Part shown: positions 38,434 to 48,713 of the stretch, piece after piece
Position numbering within the stretch: the stretch's first letter is position 1
Layout of the letters: every line of letters starts with the position of its first letter
Source: a bacterium
GTDB lineage: Bacteria > Babelota > Babeliae > Babelales > RVW-14
NCBI GenBank assembly: GCA_043822925.1
Contig: JBDRBF010000008.1
Span: 14,302-78,301 of the forward strand
DNA length: 64,000 nt
Reading direction: 5' to 3'
The notes under the pieces: generated by a model
The model's input: the letters and a program-made list of their open reading frames with translations, nothing else
Databases searched by the model: none
Told to the model about the DNA's origin: nothing
Program-made: the position numbers and the translations under genes

Positions 38434-39771
38434 TCAGCTTTTTTTCATAAAATTTTCTATTTCACGCGCCTGTTTAGGTAACTCAGGGCTTAAACAAACG
38501 GCCCCATCAAGGGTCATAAGAAAGTCGTCTTCAATACGAATTCCCAAATTTTCTTCAGGAATATAAAGACCCGGCTCAATTGTAAAAACATCACCTGGTG
38601 CTAGTGGAATTTTAGAATCACCAACATCATGAACATCCAGCCCAAGAAAATGACCAATACCATGAGGAAAGTATTGCGCAAGCCCATGCTGCTCAAAAAA
38701 ACGCACCGCACAATGATGCAAAGATCGTTCTTGCTCGTCGTCACTTCTTAAAAACATGCCCGGCTTGGCACAATCCTGAACGTGTTTTTGAGCAGCTAAA
38801 ACAATATTATATATTTGTGCTTGGCGCTCAGTAAATTTGCCATTAACGGGATACGTTCGGGTCAAATCAGCTGCATACCCACAAAACTCCGCACCTATAT
38901 CGATTATAACCAAATCACCATCGTTTAATTTTTGATTACATTCTGTGTAGTGCAAAATCGTGGCATTACGCCCCGTTGCAACAATGCTTGGAAACACACA
39001 ATGCATGTTATTACTCGTAAATACATGCTCTATTGTTGCTCGTATTTCGTTTTCATATTTTTTAGCACATATTTGCTGAGCTGCTGCCTGGTGCGCTACG
39101 CGTGTAACCTGAATAGCGCGGCGCAAACAGTCAAGCTCATGTGTGTCTTTGCTGCGACGCTGATGGTAAAACACCTGCGAAATATCACGTTTGGCTGAAG
39201 CAAGATGGGGAATCTGTTGATCGAAACTTTTAAAAAGCTGTACTTGTTCTAGATTATTATCGGCTAGAAGCGTAAAAACAAGCGTATGTTCTGTTATAAA
39301 ACTTGTAATATCTTGTAAAAAATACGTGTAAAGCTCAGGTTTAAAAATAACTGGCGCGGGATACGAATACCCGGATAAGATGGGATCGCTTAAAGTTTTG
39401 ATTTGATCAAAACAAAAATCAACTGGATTACTTTCAGGACTTACCTGTAAAACTACCCACTGAGCACGCTGGCCACCAAAAGACGGCACATACAAAACTT
39501 CTTGCACAGAATCTGGTCCATCAAAAAAAACACAAGCTATTGTTGCGGGCTCTTTAAGCCCCGTCAAATAATAAAAAGAACTCTCCTGCCGAAATAAATG
39601 ACGTCTACCCTCAAAGCCAGCTCCAACGACTATAACCCCTCGTTGGGATTTGCCATATTTTTCAAACAAAGACGCTAATAAAACTCGTCGACGACATTTA
39701 AAAATAGAATAATCAATAGAGTTAACAAACTCAGGATTCGTATGAACAATAGACATTTTGACTCTCCCCAA
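38434..39771 (-). CDS. pepP: Xaa-Pro aminopeptidase (M24B)
   Basis: 445 aa; DIGAEFCGYAADLTRT, HGIGHFLGLDVHD, EPGLYIPEENLGIRIEDD. Confidence 0.85.
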   Translation of the reverse strand: MGRVKMSIVHTNPEFVNSIDYSIFKCRRRVLLASLFEKYGKSQRGVIVVGAGFEGRRHLFRQESSFYYLTGLKEPATIACVFFDGPDSVQEVLYVPSFGGQRAQWVVLQVSPESNPVDFCFDQIKTLSDPILSGYSYPAPVIFKPELYTYFLQDITSFITEHTLVFTLLADNNLEQVQLFKSFDQQIPHLASAKRDISQVFYHQRRSKDTHELDCLRRAIQVTRVAHQAAAQQICAKKYENEIRATIEHVFTSNNMHCVFPSIVATGRNATILHYTECNQKLNDGDLVIIDIGAEFCGYAADLTRTYPVNGKFTERQAQIYNIVLAAQKHVQDCAKPGMFLRSDDEQERSLHHCAVRFFEQHGLAQYFPHGIGHFLGLDVHDVGDSKIPLAPGDVFTIEPGLYIPEENLGIRIEDDFLMTLDGAVCLSPELPKQAREIENFMKKS

Positions 39772-39823
39772 AAATCTAAACTCACGAACTAATCACACGA
39801 TAATATTAACAAAACAAAAAAAG

Positions 39824-42211
39824 TTACTCTCCAAACTTAGCTTTAGTAACATCTGGAAGTTTGTGTTTTTTAGCAAAAGAACCCAAAGAATCAAATCGAG
39901 CTGAAAATACAATAGCTTGTTCTTTCCGATTATTTCCAAATTCCCGATACTTTTTTTCTTCATACCCAACAGACAGCCCCCAACAATGGCCATTATACTC
40001 AAACTGAACACGATGAATTAATGGCTGGATATCAACAAAACCAAAAAGAGACTTGCCACGCTCCGAAGAAAACTGAGCATCGTATCGCAGCATGCCATAC
40101 TCACCAATCGGAACAGCAAAACCACATAAAATAAAATGAGGAATATTAGAAAACAACTCACGCATAATACGCATAGATTCATGCTGAAAAAGATATCCAG
40201 CCATCAAATGAACTTTACCAACCAAAACATCTGTTTTAAGCAACGTCTGTAGCATTTTCTTTTGTGGAACTTCATACTCCTGCACAACAGAAAAGCCAAC
40301 TTTTTCTGAACGGGCACTAAAAGCTATTTGCAACGGCAACAAATGCTTTTGAGAGACAGGCCTACGCAATGGAAAAAGATCTTTAGAATTATAAAAATCA
40401 TACCCCTGAGTTATTGTAAAATCTAAAGTTGTATTATTAATAGAAAAATTGTTTCTTAAATCAAAATTAAGTACATTTTTAGGATAAATACGATCCCAAT
40501 GATCAATATGATACCAATGGTCTTGAAATATTCTTGGTACATACTCCCAACTAAAAACAGGTTGTACATAATGGACATAACTCAAATCTTGATTATGCAC
40601 CATCCCCTCAGGCAATGCCCACTGAATATCATACTCGAAAGATAGCCGACTAGCCCCGTGAGAAAACAAATGTGATTCTAACGCACTATTTCCTCTCATA
40701 ACTCCTCTATCAAGCGCACTTCTGACCTGCGCATATGGGCGAATCGAAAAATCGACTATATTTTGCGAAATATTCACAGAACGAGATAACGCTGACTGAT
40801 AATTAAAGCGAATAAGCTTTTCCGAATTTAATGGAATAATCTTTGATTCTTGAGCCAATAACGACTGAAAATAATACTTATCTGTCTCAAATTCTCGATG
40901 ATATACCTGATCAACACCAATATCATGCCGATATAAAAAAAACTTTGATACATCAAAATAAGTACAATTCAACTCAATATGGGGAAGCATTACTGTTTGA
41001 GAAAAACTTTCAATCTCTTTTTTATGAAATGTTTTAATTGGAATCTCAACACCTTTTACACGAAATTCATCAATAGTTTTCTTTACAGACAACTCTTCAC
41101 TTGGCGTAAGATCAACAAAACTTTGACGAAACGTCTTATTGCTATCAACCCGCGCCTCAACCAAATTAGTTGACCATAAACCACGCGTAACCCATGAATT
41201 ATCAAAAGAATCATCAATATCATCAATACTATTAAAAAATTGATACCCAATATACTTATCTGTTCCAAAATCAAATTTAACTAAACTACTTACATTACCG
41301 CCTAAAAAATCATCGAATGAGCGAAAATCCTTTCCAGTCATCCAATAGCGATTTCGCGTTTTGGCTAACACGGTACCTTTTCTTTGTGTGAACGAGTTTT
41401 TTGCAATAGCATAACATCCATAAAGTTCAGTAAAACTTGTCGCACTACGTGCCCACCGAAACTCATCCGAGAAAACTACCCCTTTTTTATCTCGCCAGCT
41501 CAAGCCAACTGTTGTATCACAATATTGACTAAACGATTGGTAATACTCCTGCTTAAAACCAAAACCATTATAATAATCAAAGTAAAACTTGGGAATTAAC
41601 AACCCGGAACGAGATTGACCCTGAATAGGAAAAACCATCGTCGGCAAAATAAAAACAGGAATCTTACCTATCTTAAAAATAACCCCATTAACACGAATAA
41701 AATAACCACCATGCAGCATCGCTTTTACAGCATATAGGCTCCAATGATGATCATCATGATCACAGGCTGTATAATACATGTGTTCTATACGCCACCGACT
41801 CGCATCAATTTTTTCAGCCCGCCGAGCAAATACATACCCATCTTGCACATGTATTCTAATGTTTTTAGCAACGCCAGTTTTATTTTGCAAGTTAAGTTCA
41901 AAACTATCTGCAAGCATCACAAGATCATTATTCTCAATAATAACAGCTCCTGACTCTTTTCTTTGAGCTAAAAGCTTATATTTTTGCTTATCGACATCAA
42001 CACGATCGGCCCTGATATGCAATTTCTTATCAAAAAAAACCTCAACGTCTTCCTCAAAAACAAACTTATTTTTACCGACAATTTTTTGAGATAAACTTTT
42101 AATTTCCAAGCGCTTTGCTGACGCCAACAAATTTCGGGTACCCGCACGCAAATGGGTACAAAAACAAGAAAATACAACTAAAAGTAAAATACTAATTTTT
42201 TTTTGATTCAA
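39824..42211 (-). CDS. lptD: LPS-assembly outer-membrane protein LptD (OstA family)
   Basis: 795 aa; signal peptide; OstA-like N-terminal segment (FEEDVEVFFDKKLHIRADRVDVDKQ); long aromatic-rich beta region. The start overlaps the recR stop by 4 nt. Confidence 0.7.
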   Translation of the reverse strand: MNQKKISILLLVVFSCFCTHLRAGTRNLLASAKRLEIKSLSQKIVGKNKFVFEEDVEVFFDKKLHIRADRVDVDKQKYKLLAQRKESGAVIIENNDLVMLADSFELNLQNKTGVAKNIRIHVQDGYVFARRAEKIDASRWRIEHMYYTACDHDDHHWSLYAVKAMLHGGYFIRVNGVIFKIGKIPVFILPTMVFPIQGQSRSGLLIPKFYFDYYNGFGFKQEYYQSFSQYCDTTVGLSWRDKKGVVFSDEFRWARSATSFTELYGCYAIAKNSFTQRKGTVLAKTRNRYWMTGKDFRSFDDFLGGNVSSLVKFDFGTDKYIGYQFFNSIDDIDDSFDNSWVTRGLWSTNLVEARVDSNKTFRQSFVDLTPSEELSVKKTIDEFRVKGVEIPIKTFHKKEIESFSQTVMLPHIELNCTYFDVSKFFLYRHDIGVDQVYHREFETDKYYFQSLLAQESKIIPLNSEKLIRFNYQSALSRSVNISQNIVDFSIRPYAQVRSALDRGVMRGNSALESHLFSHGASRLSFEYDIQWALPEGMVHNQDLSYVHYVQPVFSWEYVPRIFQDHWYHIDHWDRIYPKNVLNFDLRNNFSINNTTLDFTITQGYDFYNSKDLFPLRRPVSQKHLLPLQIAFSARSEKVGFSVVQEYEVPQKKMLQTLLKTDVLVGKVHLMAGYLFQHESMRIMRELFSNIPHFILCGFAVPIGEYGMLRYDAQFSSERGKSLFGFVDIQPLIHRVQFEYNGHCWGLSVGYEEKKYREFGNNRKEQAIVFSARFDSLGSFAKKHKLPDVTKAKFGE

Positions 42212-42810
42212 AACGGCCTTCTGCCAGATAATGCTTTAGAGATAGTAACGCGATCCATGTACTCTAGACTAGACCCAATGGGAACACCACTGGCCAGCTT
42301 TGAAATGACAATATCAAGATTTTGATCAATTTTTGAAACAATATAACTGGCCGTTGCTTCACCTTCTGGCGTCGGATTTGTTGCAAAAATTATCTCTTTT
42401 ACAGAGACATCCAAACGCTTGATCAACAAATTAATAGTCAAATGCTCCGGCCCAATCCCCTCCATAGGACACAAAGATCCTCCAAGAACATGATAACGCC
42501 CCCGAAATTCACCTAATTTCTCTATCGCCCATAAATCGTGCCATGTTTCTACTATACAAATAACGCTGTCAATACGATCTCGAGCTGAACAAATAGTACA
42601 AAGTACATCCGTCTCAGTCCAATTACAGCACTGGCTACACATTTTAATCTTATTTTTTGCTTCAAGAATAGTCGCACACAATTGTTCGATATTTTGTTTT
42701 TCATCAGCAAGAAAATGAGTAGCAACACGATATACATTCTTTGACGCTAAATAAGGCACGCGCTGTAAACATCTAATAAGCTTTTGAAGTGTTGGTATTT
42801 GTCGAAACAT
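42208..42810 (-). CDS. recR: recombination protein RecR
   Basis: 200 aa; C4 zinc finger CSQCCNWTETDVLCTIC; Toprim region ICIVETWHDLWAIEK...YHVLGG. Confidence 0.92.
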   Translation of the reverse strand: MFRQIPTLQKLIRCLQRVPYLASKNVYRVATHFLADEKQNIEQLCATILEAKNKIKMCSQCCNWTETDVLCTICSARDRIDSVICIVETWHDLWAIEKLGEFRGRYHVLGGSLCPMEGIGPEHLTINLLIKRLDVSVKEIIFATNPTPEGEATASYIVSKIDQNLDIVISKLASGVPIGSSLEYMDRVTISKALSGRRPF

Positions 42811-42927
42811 AGGTTACATCACAATTATATTATATTTTTATATTTATAGAGGGCCCCTACTGGACCCTCTATAAAATCTGCCATCCCGGACCCCGATCAA
42901 GGACCCAAGTCTCTTAAATTATTATAT

Positions 42928-44571
42928 TTATGAAAGAAATGCTTTTCTAAAATAATCTTCAGCTATTGTAAGAACGTTATTCAAGAACCAGTACAGCACA
43001 AGTCCAGCAGCAAAACTTGAAAACACAGCGGTCATAACAACAGCCATAAACCACATAATAACTTTTTGCTTATCATCAGCGGCCGGCGTCATTGATTGCT
43101 GCCAAATCATAGAAACACCCATAAGAACTGGCAATACATAGAATGGATCTTTTGCTGATAAATCAACAATCCAACCAAAAAAAGGCGCTTGATACAAATC
43201 TAAATAACTACCGAGAACACGATACAAAGAGAATAATATTGGCAACTGAATAAGTAAGGGCAAACACCCAATCATTGGAGTTGCAGGAGACAAATTATGA
43301 TCACGGTGATATCGCATAATCTCTTCCTGCTGCATCTTAACATCGCTTTTATACTTCATACGAATATGTGTAATAAACGGCTGATGCTTTTGATAGTCTT
43401 CCATTTTTTTACGAGAATATATAGATAGAGGAACAAATGGTAATCGCAACAAAATCGTCAAAGCAATAATAGCAAGTCCAAAGTTATGCAAATATTGATA
43501 CAAAAATTCAAGCAACTTAAGCATCATTTTGCAAAACCAAGACAACCACCCAAAAGACAAAATATCACTTATGCGATTATGCGCTTGATTTAGTTGATCG
43601 TACACTTTTGGACCTATATAAAAAGACATGCTCCAACTCTTTTTCTCAGTAACCTGAGGCCCCTCAAGAACTGAAAACAAACTTGTATCGCTTATTTTCT
43701 TGTAATAACCGCGTTGAACAAAATAACCATTATCTCGAATAAGGGCATGGGCAAAATAACGATCCTGTGCTCCAAAAACAACATTGTCTCTACGCTCCCA
43801 ATACCAGGCATACCCGTGAACAGCTGTTACCTCTTTCTGCTCAACCGTGTCACTACTTTCACTATACATAAAAGCAGTAATCGCATCGTTACCCAACTCT
43901 GGAATAAATGGAGACATAAAAAACAGACGAGGCTGAATCGCAGCTCCTTCGATTTTACCGCTAACAAGACTTGTAACAGCGCCAACCAGCGGGCCTACTT
44001 TAGGCTCAAATTCTAATACCAAATCAATTTGATAAGATCCGCTAGATAACGTATAGATCTTTCTGATATCCCATTCAGGCGATTCCGTTTGAAAGGCAAC
44101 AATAAACTTGTTGTCCTGAGTTTTAGTATACAAATGCTTATAAAAATATGGGGTCTTTTCTCCAAGAGCAAGCAAGAAACACCCTTTTTTACGCTGTTCT
44201 TCATCAACGCCACTTTGCGCATAAACCGTACGCAATGGTGTTTTATTTCTTCCCAGATATTTCTTATAATCAACCGTGTTTAAAATAGCGCCAAACGTTG
44301 AAAACGTCGCAACTACGTTATCTGTTTCAATACGAATTATCTCTTCTTGCTGAGAAATTTTCTGTTCAACAAAACTCACATCTGTATTAAGAGGCTTATG
44401 CAATTGCTCCGTCGTTGGAACCTTTATCGGCTCTCCTGGTTTAACAGGAATCTGACCAACAGCCACCATCCCAGCACGCGCATCAGTCGCCTGTTTTTTC
44501 CCATAAAAATAATGAAATACGCCGACTGTAAGCAACGCAAGCAAAAGTGAAAATAGAAACTTTTTGTCCAT
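42928..44571 (-). CDS. yidC: membrane protein insertase YidC
   Basis: 547 aa; N-terminal TM, large periplasmic domain, conserved C-terminal core (GCLPLLIQLPILFSLY...GLVLYWFLNNVLTIAE). Confidence 0.9.
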   Translation of the reverse strand: MDKKFLFSLLLALLTVGVFHYFYGKKQATDARAGMVAVGQIPVKPGEPIKVPTTEQLHKPLNTDVSFVEQKISQQEEIIRIETDNVVATFSTFGAILNTVDYKKYLGRNKTPLRTVYAQSGVDEEQRKKGCFLLALGEKTPYFYKHLYTKTQDNKFIVAFQTESPEWDIRKIYTLSSGSYQIDLVLEFEPKVGPLVGAVTSLVSGKIEGAAIQPRLFFMSPFIPELGNDAITAFMYSESSDTVEQKEVTAVHGYAWYWERRDNVVFGAQDRYFAHALIRDNGYFVQRGYYKKISDTSLFSVLEGPQVTEKKSWSMSFYIGPKVYDQLNQAHNRISDILSFGWLSWFCKMMLKLLEFLYQYLHNFGLAIIALTILLRLPFVPLSIYSRKKMEDYQKHQPFITHIRMKYKSDVKMQQEEIMRYHRDHNLSPATPMIGCLPLLIQLPILFSLYRVLGSYLDLYQAPFFGWIVDLSAKDPFYVLPVLMGVSMIWQQSMTPAADDKQKVIMWFMAVVMTAVFSSFAAGLVLYWFLNNVLTIAEDYFRKAFLS

Positions 44572-44905
44572 GTGAAAAATCCCTCAAGTTTTAATTATTC
44601 AAAAGACACGCTTTCTCAAGAAAAGAAGAGTGTATCAAAGAAAGCACTGTCCGGCCAGCACCTCTTTCTTTATCCAGCTAACAAGGAGCAACCAACACGC
44701 TTTATTGACTGGCTGAATAATAAAACATAAATAAAACATATCTAATCCCCAGTTTCCACGAAAAACCAGCATCTAACTACAATAAATATTGCGTCAAACA
44801 AGACAAAACATTTTTTTTAAAATATGCTAATATTGTTCTCTTGTATCTCTGGTCCCTAATGTTTTTTACTTTAAAAGTTTAATTTATAAAGAAAGGGGTG
44901 GTTTT

Positions 44906-45709
44906 ATGGTTCAAACACCTAACAAACAATATAGCAGTAATTTCACAGGATTACGTGTTGCTCTTTTTTCATTTTTAACAACTATAATACTCTTTTCGTC
45001 ATGTGCTAAAAAAACAAAAAGCAAAGACGACATGAGTTTTGAAGATCTCAAAAAAAATGCGCTCACGCTTCTAGAACAAAAAAAATATGAAAAAGCATCA
45101 GAATATATAGAAAAAATGGTTTCCAGATTCCCAGACCATGCCGAAACACACAAGCATAAACTCATACTTGCTGACACCTATTTCAAAATGGGGCACTATC
45201 CTTCAGCAGAAAAATTATACACACATTACGCAACGTACTATCCATCAGACCAAAAAGCTGAATACTCACAGTACCGAGCTATACGATCCCAATTCTATCA
45301 AACTTTGCGTTTAGATTGCGATCAAACAGCGACCGAAGACACCATAAACTTATGTAAAACGTATCGAAATATTCCAACATATGCAAAGTATCTAAAAGAC
45401 GTTGTCGACATACAAAGCACCTGTGAGCACAAGCTTATAAACAAAGAAATTTACGTTTATAACTTTTATCTCAGAAAAAAGAAATACGACGCTGCTCAAA
45501 ACAGACTTGCATATTTACGCAGCAATTACGTCCCAAAGAAAAAATCACTTGAACCTCGCATTCTGTACCTCGAATGCAAACTTGCCCAAAAACAAAAAAA
45601 TAAAAAGATACTCGATGAAAAGCTTGAACAACTTGCAACCCAACATCCTGAATCACAATACACGCGCATGGCTCAATCATTAATTTCTCGTTCAAAATTT
45701 GAATTTTAA
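44906..45709 (+). CDS. bamD: BamD/YfiO-like TPR lipoprotein
   Basis: 267 aa; lipobox-like ILFSSC; TPR-like helical repeats (YEKASEYIEKMVSRFPDH..., YFKMGHYPSAEKLY...). Confidence 0.55.
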   Translation: MVQTPNKQYSSNFTGLRVALFSFLTTIILFSSCAKKTKSKDDMSFEDLKKNALTLLEQKKYEKASEYIEKMVSRFPDHAETHKHKLILADTYFKMGHYPSAEKLYTHYATYYPSDQKAEYSQYRAIRSQFYQTLRLDCDQTATEDTINLCKTYRNIPTYAKYLKDVVDIQSTCEHKLINKEIYVYNFYLRKKKYDAAQNRLAYLRSNYVPKKKSLEPRILYLECKLAQKQKNKKILDEKLEQLATQHPESQYTRMAQSLISRSKFEF

Positions 45710-45718
45710 TTAAATCTC

Positions 45719-45760
45719 AAAATAAGACGTTATAAATAAACATAACGTCTTATTTTTTAT
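45719..45760 (+). terminator. intrinsic terminator after the bamD-like gene
   Basis: Perfect 13-bp stem aataagacgttat / ataacgtcttatt with an 8-nt loop, followed by a T-run. Confidence 0.85.
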
Positions 45761-45794
45761 ATCTAAACACACAAATAACATCACGCATTAAATT

Positions 45795-46151
45795 ATGAAT
45801 CAAACAAAACGTCTTGGTAATAATGGCGAACAAGCAGTCGCACGTTGGCTCAAAAATTATGGATTTCATATCGTAGAACTCAATTATAATACAAAGTACG
45901 GCGAGATCGATCTTATTGTCAGCAAGAATGACCTCATCGCCTTTGTTGAAGTCAAAACCCGAGCTACAACCTATTTTCCAATCTCAACCGTTGTTACAAG
46001 ACCAAAACAAAAAAAAATTATAAAAACAGCACAAATCTTCTTACTCAAAAGACAAATAACCGAAAAAACCATACGTTTTGACGTAGCAACTGTAACAATA
46101 GAAAACAATTGTTACAAAATACAATATATCGAGAATGCCTTTCAGACCTAA
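45795..46151 (+). CDS. yraN: YraN-family (UPF0102) endonuclease-like protein
   Basis: 118 aa; GEQAVARWLKNYGFHIVELNYNTKYGEIDLIVSKNDLIAFVEVKTR pattern. Confidence 0.75.
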   Translation: MNQTKRLGNNGEQAVARWLKNYGFHIVELNYNTKYGEIDLIVSKNDLIAFVEVKTRATTYFPISTVVTRPKQKKIIKTAQIFLLKRQITEKTIRFDVATVTIENNCYKIQYIENAFQT

Positions 46152-47785
46152 TTATTAAAAACATCGTGTACAACCAATTTCTCTGCGATACGCTTATATA
46201 ATGGCGCCGCAACATCAGACGCCCACAAACGCTTACGCAGGGCCGGTTCTTTAATAAAAGTAATAACAACCCGCTTAAAATCATCTTTTTCAATAATTCC
46301 AGCAAACGTATACAAGTGTTTTTCATTAGAATACCGTCCATTAACGACCATACGCGCCGTACCTGTTTTACCCATCGTTCGATATCCCGCAATTGTGGCG
46401 TATTTTGCACCAACTATTTCTAATATTTGCTTTACTTGCGCTATTGTTTTATCGCTATAAATTTTTTTACGAGCAACATTTCTTTTATATGACTTGTCTT
46501 CTTTTACCAATACAGGCTTAACCAAATACCCCCCATTGGCAATCATAGACATAGCAACTCCAAGCTGCAAAAGAGTAGCTGAAATCTCATAGCCAAACGA
46601 CATTACTATTGCTGAAGAACGGGACCAGTTACGCGGATTATTAACAAAACCATCTCGTTCACCAGAAAAAACAAGACCCGTTTTCTTACCAAAACCAAAA
46701 TTAAGAAGATGGTCATAATACTTCTTATCAATTCGCTTAATCACTTTTGCTATACCAATATTACTCGAATTAGAAATAACATTATAAAAAGGCAAAACCT
46801 CAAGATTTTTCCAATTTTCTACTTTAAAGTGATCAATATATTCAACTCGCCCTCCGCAATCTATTTCTTCATCAAACCCAACCGCACCTTCTTCCAGCAC
46901 AGCCATCGCAGCAAAGACTTTCATAACAGACCCCAACTCAAAACACTCAGAAACAATAATATTTTTTGTTTTTTCAAGATCATCTGGAACCTTACCATTA
47001 GGATCAAATGTTGGATAATTTGCCATCACTATAACTTCTCCGGTTTCTGGATCCATTACAAGCACTGCCCCAGCCTGCGCCTGGAATTCATCGATAGCTT
47101 CTTTTAAGTACTCATGCGCTAAAAACTGAAGTTTATTATCAATCGTTAACGTTACTGAAATACCCCGCGCCCCCATATCGATAACATGTTTATCAAAATA
47201 CAAATTCGTCGAACGAGCATCTTTATTAAGCATGAAATGGGTCGGCTTACCTCGAAGCCGATTACAATACTCTCGCTCTATTCCTGCTATCCCCTTATTA
47301 TCAACATCAGTAAAACCAATAATATTAGCAAGCTCTTTATATGGATAAAAACGCTGAAATTCCTGTATAAACTTAATATCATCCAGATTAAACTTCTGGA
47401 ACCACGCAAACCGCTCTGGCGTTAATTTACGCTCAAGCCATAAAAAATGTCGCTCAGGATGTTTTTTCATACGTTTATAAACATCTGAATAATATTTTTT
47501 TAAAAAACTTTCTGTCTTTTGAGCCGTGTGTATTTCATGAGGCAATATAAAAGCAGACGGCACATCACGATTAAAAGCAAGCAACGCTCCCCTCCGATCC
47601 AGTATTTCTGCACGCTCAGGTTCAAGTGTAACACTCACATGATGCTGCTGAGTTGCCAGAAGCTTAAAAAAATCTTTTTGATAAATTTGCAATAAAAATA
47701 ATCGAATAATAATAACAAGATATAAAGCAAAAAAGCACAAAAAGAGCACAAGCACGCGAGCTTTGTAATCTTTATGTATTAACAC
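46148..47785 (-). CDS. ftsI: class B penicillin-binding protein (FtsI/PBP3-type transpeptidase)
   Basis: 545 aa; N-terminal TM; SVMK (SxxK), SSN (SxN), KTGTA (KTG). It follows the ftsL-like gene with a 2-nt gap. Confidence 0.85.
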   Translation of the reverse strand: MLIHKDYKARVLVLFLCFFALYLVIIIRLFLLQIYQKDFFKLLATQQHHVSVTLEPERAEILDRRGALLAFNRDVPSAFILPHEIHTAQKTESFLKKYYSDVYKRMKKHPERHFLWLERKLTPERFAWFQKFNLDDIKFIQEFQRFYPYKELANIIGFTDVDNKGIAGIEREYCNRLRGKPTHFMLNKDARSTNLYFDKHVIDMGARGISVTLTIDNKLQFLAHEYLKEAIDEFQAQAGAVLVMDPETGEVIVMANYPTFDPNGKVPDDLEKTKNIIVSECFELGSVMKVFAAMAVLEEGAVGFDEEIDCGGRVEYIDHFKVENWKNLEVLPFYNVISNSSNIGIAKVIKRIDKKYYDHLLNFGFGKKTGLVFSGERDGFVNNPRNWSRSSAIVMSFGYEISATLLQLGVAMSMIANGGYLVKPVLVKEDKSYKRNVARKKIYSDKTIAQVKQILEIVGAKYATIAGYRTMGKTGTARMVVNGRYSNEKHLYTFAGIIEKDDFKRVVITFIKEPALRKRLWASDVAAPLYKRIAEKLVVHDVFNN

Positions 47786-47787
47786 GC

Positions 47788-48054
47788 TTATCTCCCTGTT
47801 ACTGAAATAATTTGTGAAAAAGATAGAGCGCTCATGCCGTGATTAACCCCTGCCCATTTCTTAACCCCATCTTTATCAGAGGCTTGATACAACTGAGTTA
47901 AAAGCTCACTTTTTCGCTTTAAATATTCAAGCTCTTTTTGCTGTAATCGCTGCTTTTTATAACTCATACGTATCAAACAATTGTGCTGATAAATTTTAAC
48001 AAACACAGACAAAACAAGAATCACAAACGCCATTTTTAAAAATTTGTATTTCAT
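47788..48054 (-). CDS. ftsL: FtsL-like cell-division protein
   Basis: 88 aa; one TM helix plus a short coiled-coil; located immediately upstream of ftsI. Confidence 0.45.
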   Translation of the reverse strand: MKYKFLKMAFVILVLSVFVKIYQHNCLIRMSYKKQRLQQKELEYLKRKSELLTQLYQASDKDGVKKWAGVNHGMSALSFSQIISVTGR

Positions 48055-48259
48055 AACGCTACTTTCTCTTACGCCTCAGCACTTATAATAAAAACACCCA
48101 TAAAAAGCCCTCACAAAATGCTATTCTCTTTTTAAAGCTTAAAAAAATTACACATTCTTTAGCCAGTAATTACAAAAAAAGCTAGATTTTGATTGGTTAC
48201 ATGTTAATTTAGTTATCGTGTTCGTTTTATTAATTACTATTCTTACCTAAAGGGTTACT

Positions 48260-48709
48260 ATGTTGAGAAAGAATCTGTTTCTTATCGGTATTGCATCAAT
48301 GTTAATTCTAGGTGCTTGCGACTGTCCAATGTGCTCAAAATGCTGCAAAAAAGAAGAAGCTCCAAAAGCACAAACAACATCAACCGAACAAACAAATGTC
48401 AAAGCTTTGACAACAGCACTATTTGAAGAATCTGTTAAATCAGAAAAATTAACCGTTGTTAAATTCTGGGCATCATGGTGCAAAGCTTGCGAACAAATGG
48501 CTCCTGCTTATGAAAAAGTTGCAACAGAGCTCAAAGATTCAGTAAATTTTTACCAAGTCAACGTTGACGAAGAAACTTCTTTAGCAGAAAAACATGAGAT
48601 CAAAGGCATCCCAACAATTCTTTTCTTTAAAGATGGCAAGCAATTAGATAAAATTACCAAAGCCCTTACTGAAGAAGAGCTCAAAGAAGAAATAACAAAA
48701 GTTAAATAA
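48260..48709 (+). CDS. thioredoxin-fold lipoprotein (WCKAC active site)
   Basis: 149 aa; lipobox MLILGAC; VKFWASWCKACEQMAP thioredoxin motif with KA in place of GP; GIPTILFF. Confidence 0.7.
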   Translation: MLRKNLFLIGIASMLILGACDCPMCSKCCKKEEAPKAQTTSTEQTNVKALTTALFEESVKSEKLTVVKFWASWCKACEQMAPAYEKVATELKDSVNFYQVNVDEETSLAEKHEIKGIPTILFFKDGKQLDKITKALTEEELKEEITKVK

Positions 48710-48713
48710 AAAT

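Noticed and set aside
44572-44905. 334-nt spacer upstream of yidC searched for rpmH, rnpA, yidD or an SRP-like RNA; the TTATCCAGCTAA 12-mer also occurs at 52728-52742.
   Set aside because: No ORF resembling L34, RNase P protein or YidD in any frame, and no SRP domain-IV motif. The shared 12-mer has two mismatches to a DnaA box and may be coincidental.
48055-48259. Possible replication origin at the switch from mostly minus-strand genes (left) to mostly plus-strand genes (right).
   Set aside because: I found no TTATCCACA-type DnaA boxes or clustered near-matches in the 205-nt spacer. No dnaA or dnaN is nearby. The strand bias has several exceptions on both sides, and GC skew cannot be computed reliably by eye.
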